Shown: piece after piece, positions 62,901 through 64,000 of the stretch
Layout of the letters: each line of letters starts with the position of its first letter
Position numbering within the stretch: position 1 is the first letter of the stretch
Origin: TPA_inf: Saccharomyces
Taxonomy: Eukaryota
Direction of reading: 5' to 3'
DNA: 64,000 bases
Assembly (NCBI GenBank): GCA_000146045.2
Contig: BK006948.2
Coordinates: forward strand, 448,001 to 512,000
The notes under the pieces: generated by a model
Told to the model about the DNA's origin: nothing
Seen by the model: only the letters and a program-made list of their open reading frames with translations
Database searches by the model: none
Program-made: the position numbers and the translations under genes

Positions 62901-63178
62901 TCGGTTCCATATATTATAATTGGCGCATTATTGTTGTTCTGAGTTAAGCTGTCGCTATGCTGTGATGTACCGGACACCCTCTTTCTCTTATTAACATGCA
63001 GTGTGTCTTCAACATCTGATTCCTCCAAATGATTCGCGTATGAGAGGTTTGAACTGAAAACTTTCTTGCTCGATGGCCGTTTTTTATTGGGGTTTGTGAA
63101 GAATGATTTTAAAGTGGAAGAAAACGATCTCTTTTCGACACGTGGAGAAGACATCACAGAAGAAGTGTTTGAAGACAT
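59948..63178 (-). CDS. NUP1: FG-nucleoporin of the nuclear basket (FxFG/FSFG repeat array).
   Basis: 1076-aa ORF. There are more than 20 F(S/T)FG repeats (PTFSFG, PSFSFG, PSFTFG, SAFSFG...) separated by S/T/K-rich spacers. The N-terminus MSSNTSSVMSSPRVEKRSFSS matches NUP1. Confidence 0.95.
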   Translation of the reverse strand: MSSNTSSVMSSPRVEKRSFSSTLKSFFTNPNKKRPSSKKVFSSNLSYANHLEESDVEDTLHVNKRKRVSGTSQHSDSLTQNNNNAPIIIYGTENTERPPLLPILPIQRLRLLREKQRVRNMRELGLIQSTEFPSITSSVILGSQSKSDEGGSYLCTSSTPSPIKNGSCTRQLAGKSGEDTNVGLPILKSLKNRSNRKRFHSQSKGTVWSANFEYDLSEYDAIQKKDNKDKEGNAGGDQKTSENRNNIKSSISNGNLATGPNLTSEIEDLRADINSNRLSNPQKNLLLKGPASTVAKTAPIQESFVPNSERSGTPTLKKNIEPKKDKESIVLPTVGFDFIKDNETPSKKTSPKATSSAGAVFKSSVEMGKTDKSTKTAEAPTLSFNFSQKANKTKAVDNTVPSTTLFNFGGKSDTVTSASQPFKFGKTSEKSENHTESDAPPKSTAPIFSFGKQEENGDEGDDENEPKRKRRLPVSEDTNTKPLFDFGKTGDQKETKKGESEKDASGKPSFVFGASDKQAEGTPLFTFGKKADVTSNIDSSAQFTFGKAATAKETHTKPSETPATIVKKPTFTFGQSTSENKISEGSAKPTFSFSKSEEERKSSPISNEAAKPSFSFPGKPVDVQAPTDDKTLKPTFSFTEPAQKDSSVVSEPKKPSFTFASSKTSQPKPLFSFGKSDAAKEPPGSNTSFSFTKPPANETDKRPTPPSFTFGGSTTNNTTTTSTKPSFSFGAPESMKSTASTAAANTEKLSNGFSFTKFNHNKEKSNSPTSFFDGSASSTPIPVLGKPTDATGNTTSKSAFSFGTANTNGTNASANSTSFSFNAPATGNGTTTTSNTSGTNIAGTFNVGKPDQSIASGNTNGAGSAFGFSSSGTAATGAASNQSSFNFGNNGAGGLNPFTSATSSTNANAGLFNKPPSTNAQNVNVPSAFNFTGNNSTPGGGSVFNMNGNTNANTVFAGSNNQPHQSQTPSFNTNSSFTPSTVPNINFSGLNGGITNTATNALRPSDIFGANAASGSNSNVTNPSSIFGGAGGVPTTSFGQPQSAPNQMGMGTNNGMSMGGGVMANRKIARMRHSKR

Positions 63179-63824
63179 GAATGACTAAAAATTGTCGCTC
63201 ACTCTCTGTCCCTATAACCCTTTCGAGGCTAATATCCTATCGTATTTGCACCGCTACGTAGTGTCCTTATTGAGTTCCTCATCACTTATTTTCTTTAAGT
63301 GTTTCTTGACATTACGAAATTTCGTCAAAGAAAAAAATTAAAATGAAAAAGCATTTCAATGTCACATAATACGAACCATTGATCACGTGCAACGACAAAC
63401 CCTAAATATAAAAACTAGGGCGTAAAAACCGGGGCTTGAAAATTAGGGCATAAAATAGGCTTTGCATACACGTGACTTATATTTGGTGTCGGCGTTTTCT
63501 TTACGCGGTGTAGTGTAAATCTCTTGTCGTACAAGTGGATATACGCACTGTATACCTCCAGTAACACCAAAAAAAAAACCGTGGTTGTCCCATGTAAACG
63601 AGTACCGCACACGTAGGCCAAAGCACTCCAGAGAGACTTCGTGTCAAAGGTCTATAATAGGTGGTGCCTTCTTGCTTCTTTTTTGCAGATTCTTAGTATA
63701 ATACGCTAGACTATTGTACTTTCTAATTTTAAGAGATATCTTTTTCCTCACAAAGATTTCGTTAAGCAATCGAAGTAAAGTACTCCATCAGAAGAGTTTT
63801 TAAGGGATAGAGTCAATAACCAAA

Positions 63825-64000
63825 ATGGCGAAGATTATGATCCCAGCTAGCAAGCAGCCTGTTTACAAAAAATTAGGACTTCTTCTGGTCGCCGTGTTTA
63901 CTGTGTATGTGTTCTTTCATGGAGCTCAGTATGCGAGAGGCTCTGCCCCAAGCCCAAAGTACAGTACCGTGCTATCTTCCGGCTCGGGCTATAAATACTC
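63825..64000 (+). CDS. KTR1: Golgi alpha-1,2-mannosyltransferase (KTR/MNT family), N-terminal part. The CDS runs off the 3' edge of the window; it is a type II membrane protein.
   Basis: MAKIMIPASKQPVYKKLGLLLVAVFTVYVF... is a signal-anchor-like N-terminus. Position after NUP1 matches YOR099W. Confidence 0.8.
   Translation, partial: MAKIMIPASKQPVYKKLGLLLVAVFTVYVFFHGAQYARGSAPSPKYSTVLSSGSGYKY

Noticed and set aside
1-64000. A search for CRISPR arrays, prokaryotic defence islands, integrases/transposases and Ty retrotransposon ORFs.
   Set aside because: There are no repeat-spacer arrays, no Gag/Pol-like ORFs and no LTR termini. Every long ORF is accounted for by a recognisable yeast nuclear gene.

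Overview
This window reads as a typical gene-dense stretch of a Saccharomyces cerevisiae chromosome. I recognise it from the translated ORFs as the chrXV right-arm interval YOR065W (CYT1) to YOR099W (KTR1). It is collinear with the S288C gene order and strand pattern as I remember them; I ran no database search. It contains about 32 protein-coding genes, two tRNA genes and one spliced ribosomal-protein gene. The genes are CYT1 (3' part), MSA1, ALG8, VPS5 (with antisense VAM10), GYP1, NRT1, SGO1, CDC21, UFE1, SKI7, RTS2, BUD21, ATX2, DIA2, TGL5, WHI5, LPX1, OST3, TCB1, YVC1, VPS21, PTC5, TMA46, ECM3, CMR2/YOR093C, ARF3, RKI1, RPS7A (one intron), YOR097C, NUP1 and KTR1 (5' part). The tRNAs are an intron-containing tRNA-Pro(UGG) and a tRNA-Asn(GUU). 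I found no Ty elements or LTR remnants, no CRISPR array and no prokaryotic-style defence or operon structure. I see no evidence for a novel multi-gene system. Several promoter motifs agree with known biology: two ACGCGT MCB boxes upstream of CDC21, PAC and RRPE upstream of BUD21, and Rap1-like sites upstream of RPS7A. The less ordinary observations are these. There is a GC-rich, ORF-poor island of about 1.5 kb (about 13.5-15.0 kb) between NRT1 and tRNA-Pro; it carries a 3-copy tandem repeat and repeated TGACG(C/T)C motifs. A second GC-rich island runs from the 3' half of WHI5 into the 5' half of LPX1. The 1648-aa CMR2 ORF has two degenerate adenylate-forming domains. YOR097C is a small uncharacterised membrane protein. 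There are two unusually long intergenic gaps with no assignable feature. All gene names come from memory of protein sequences and are not database-verified.
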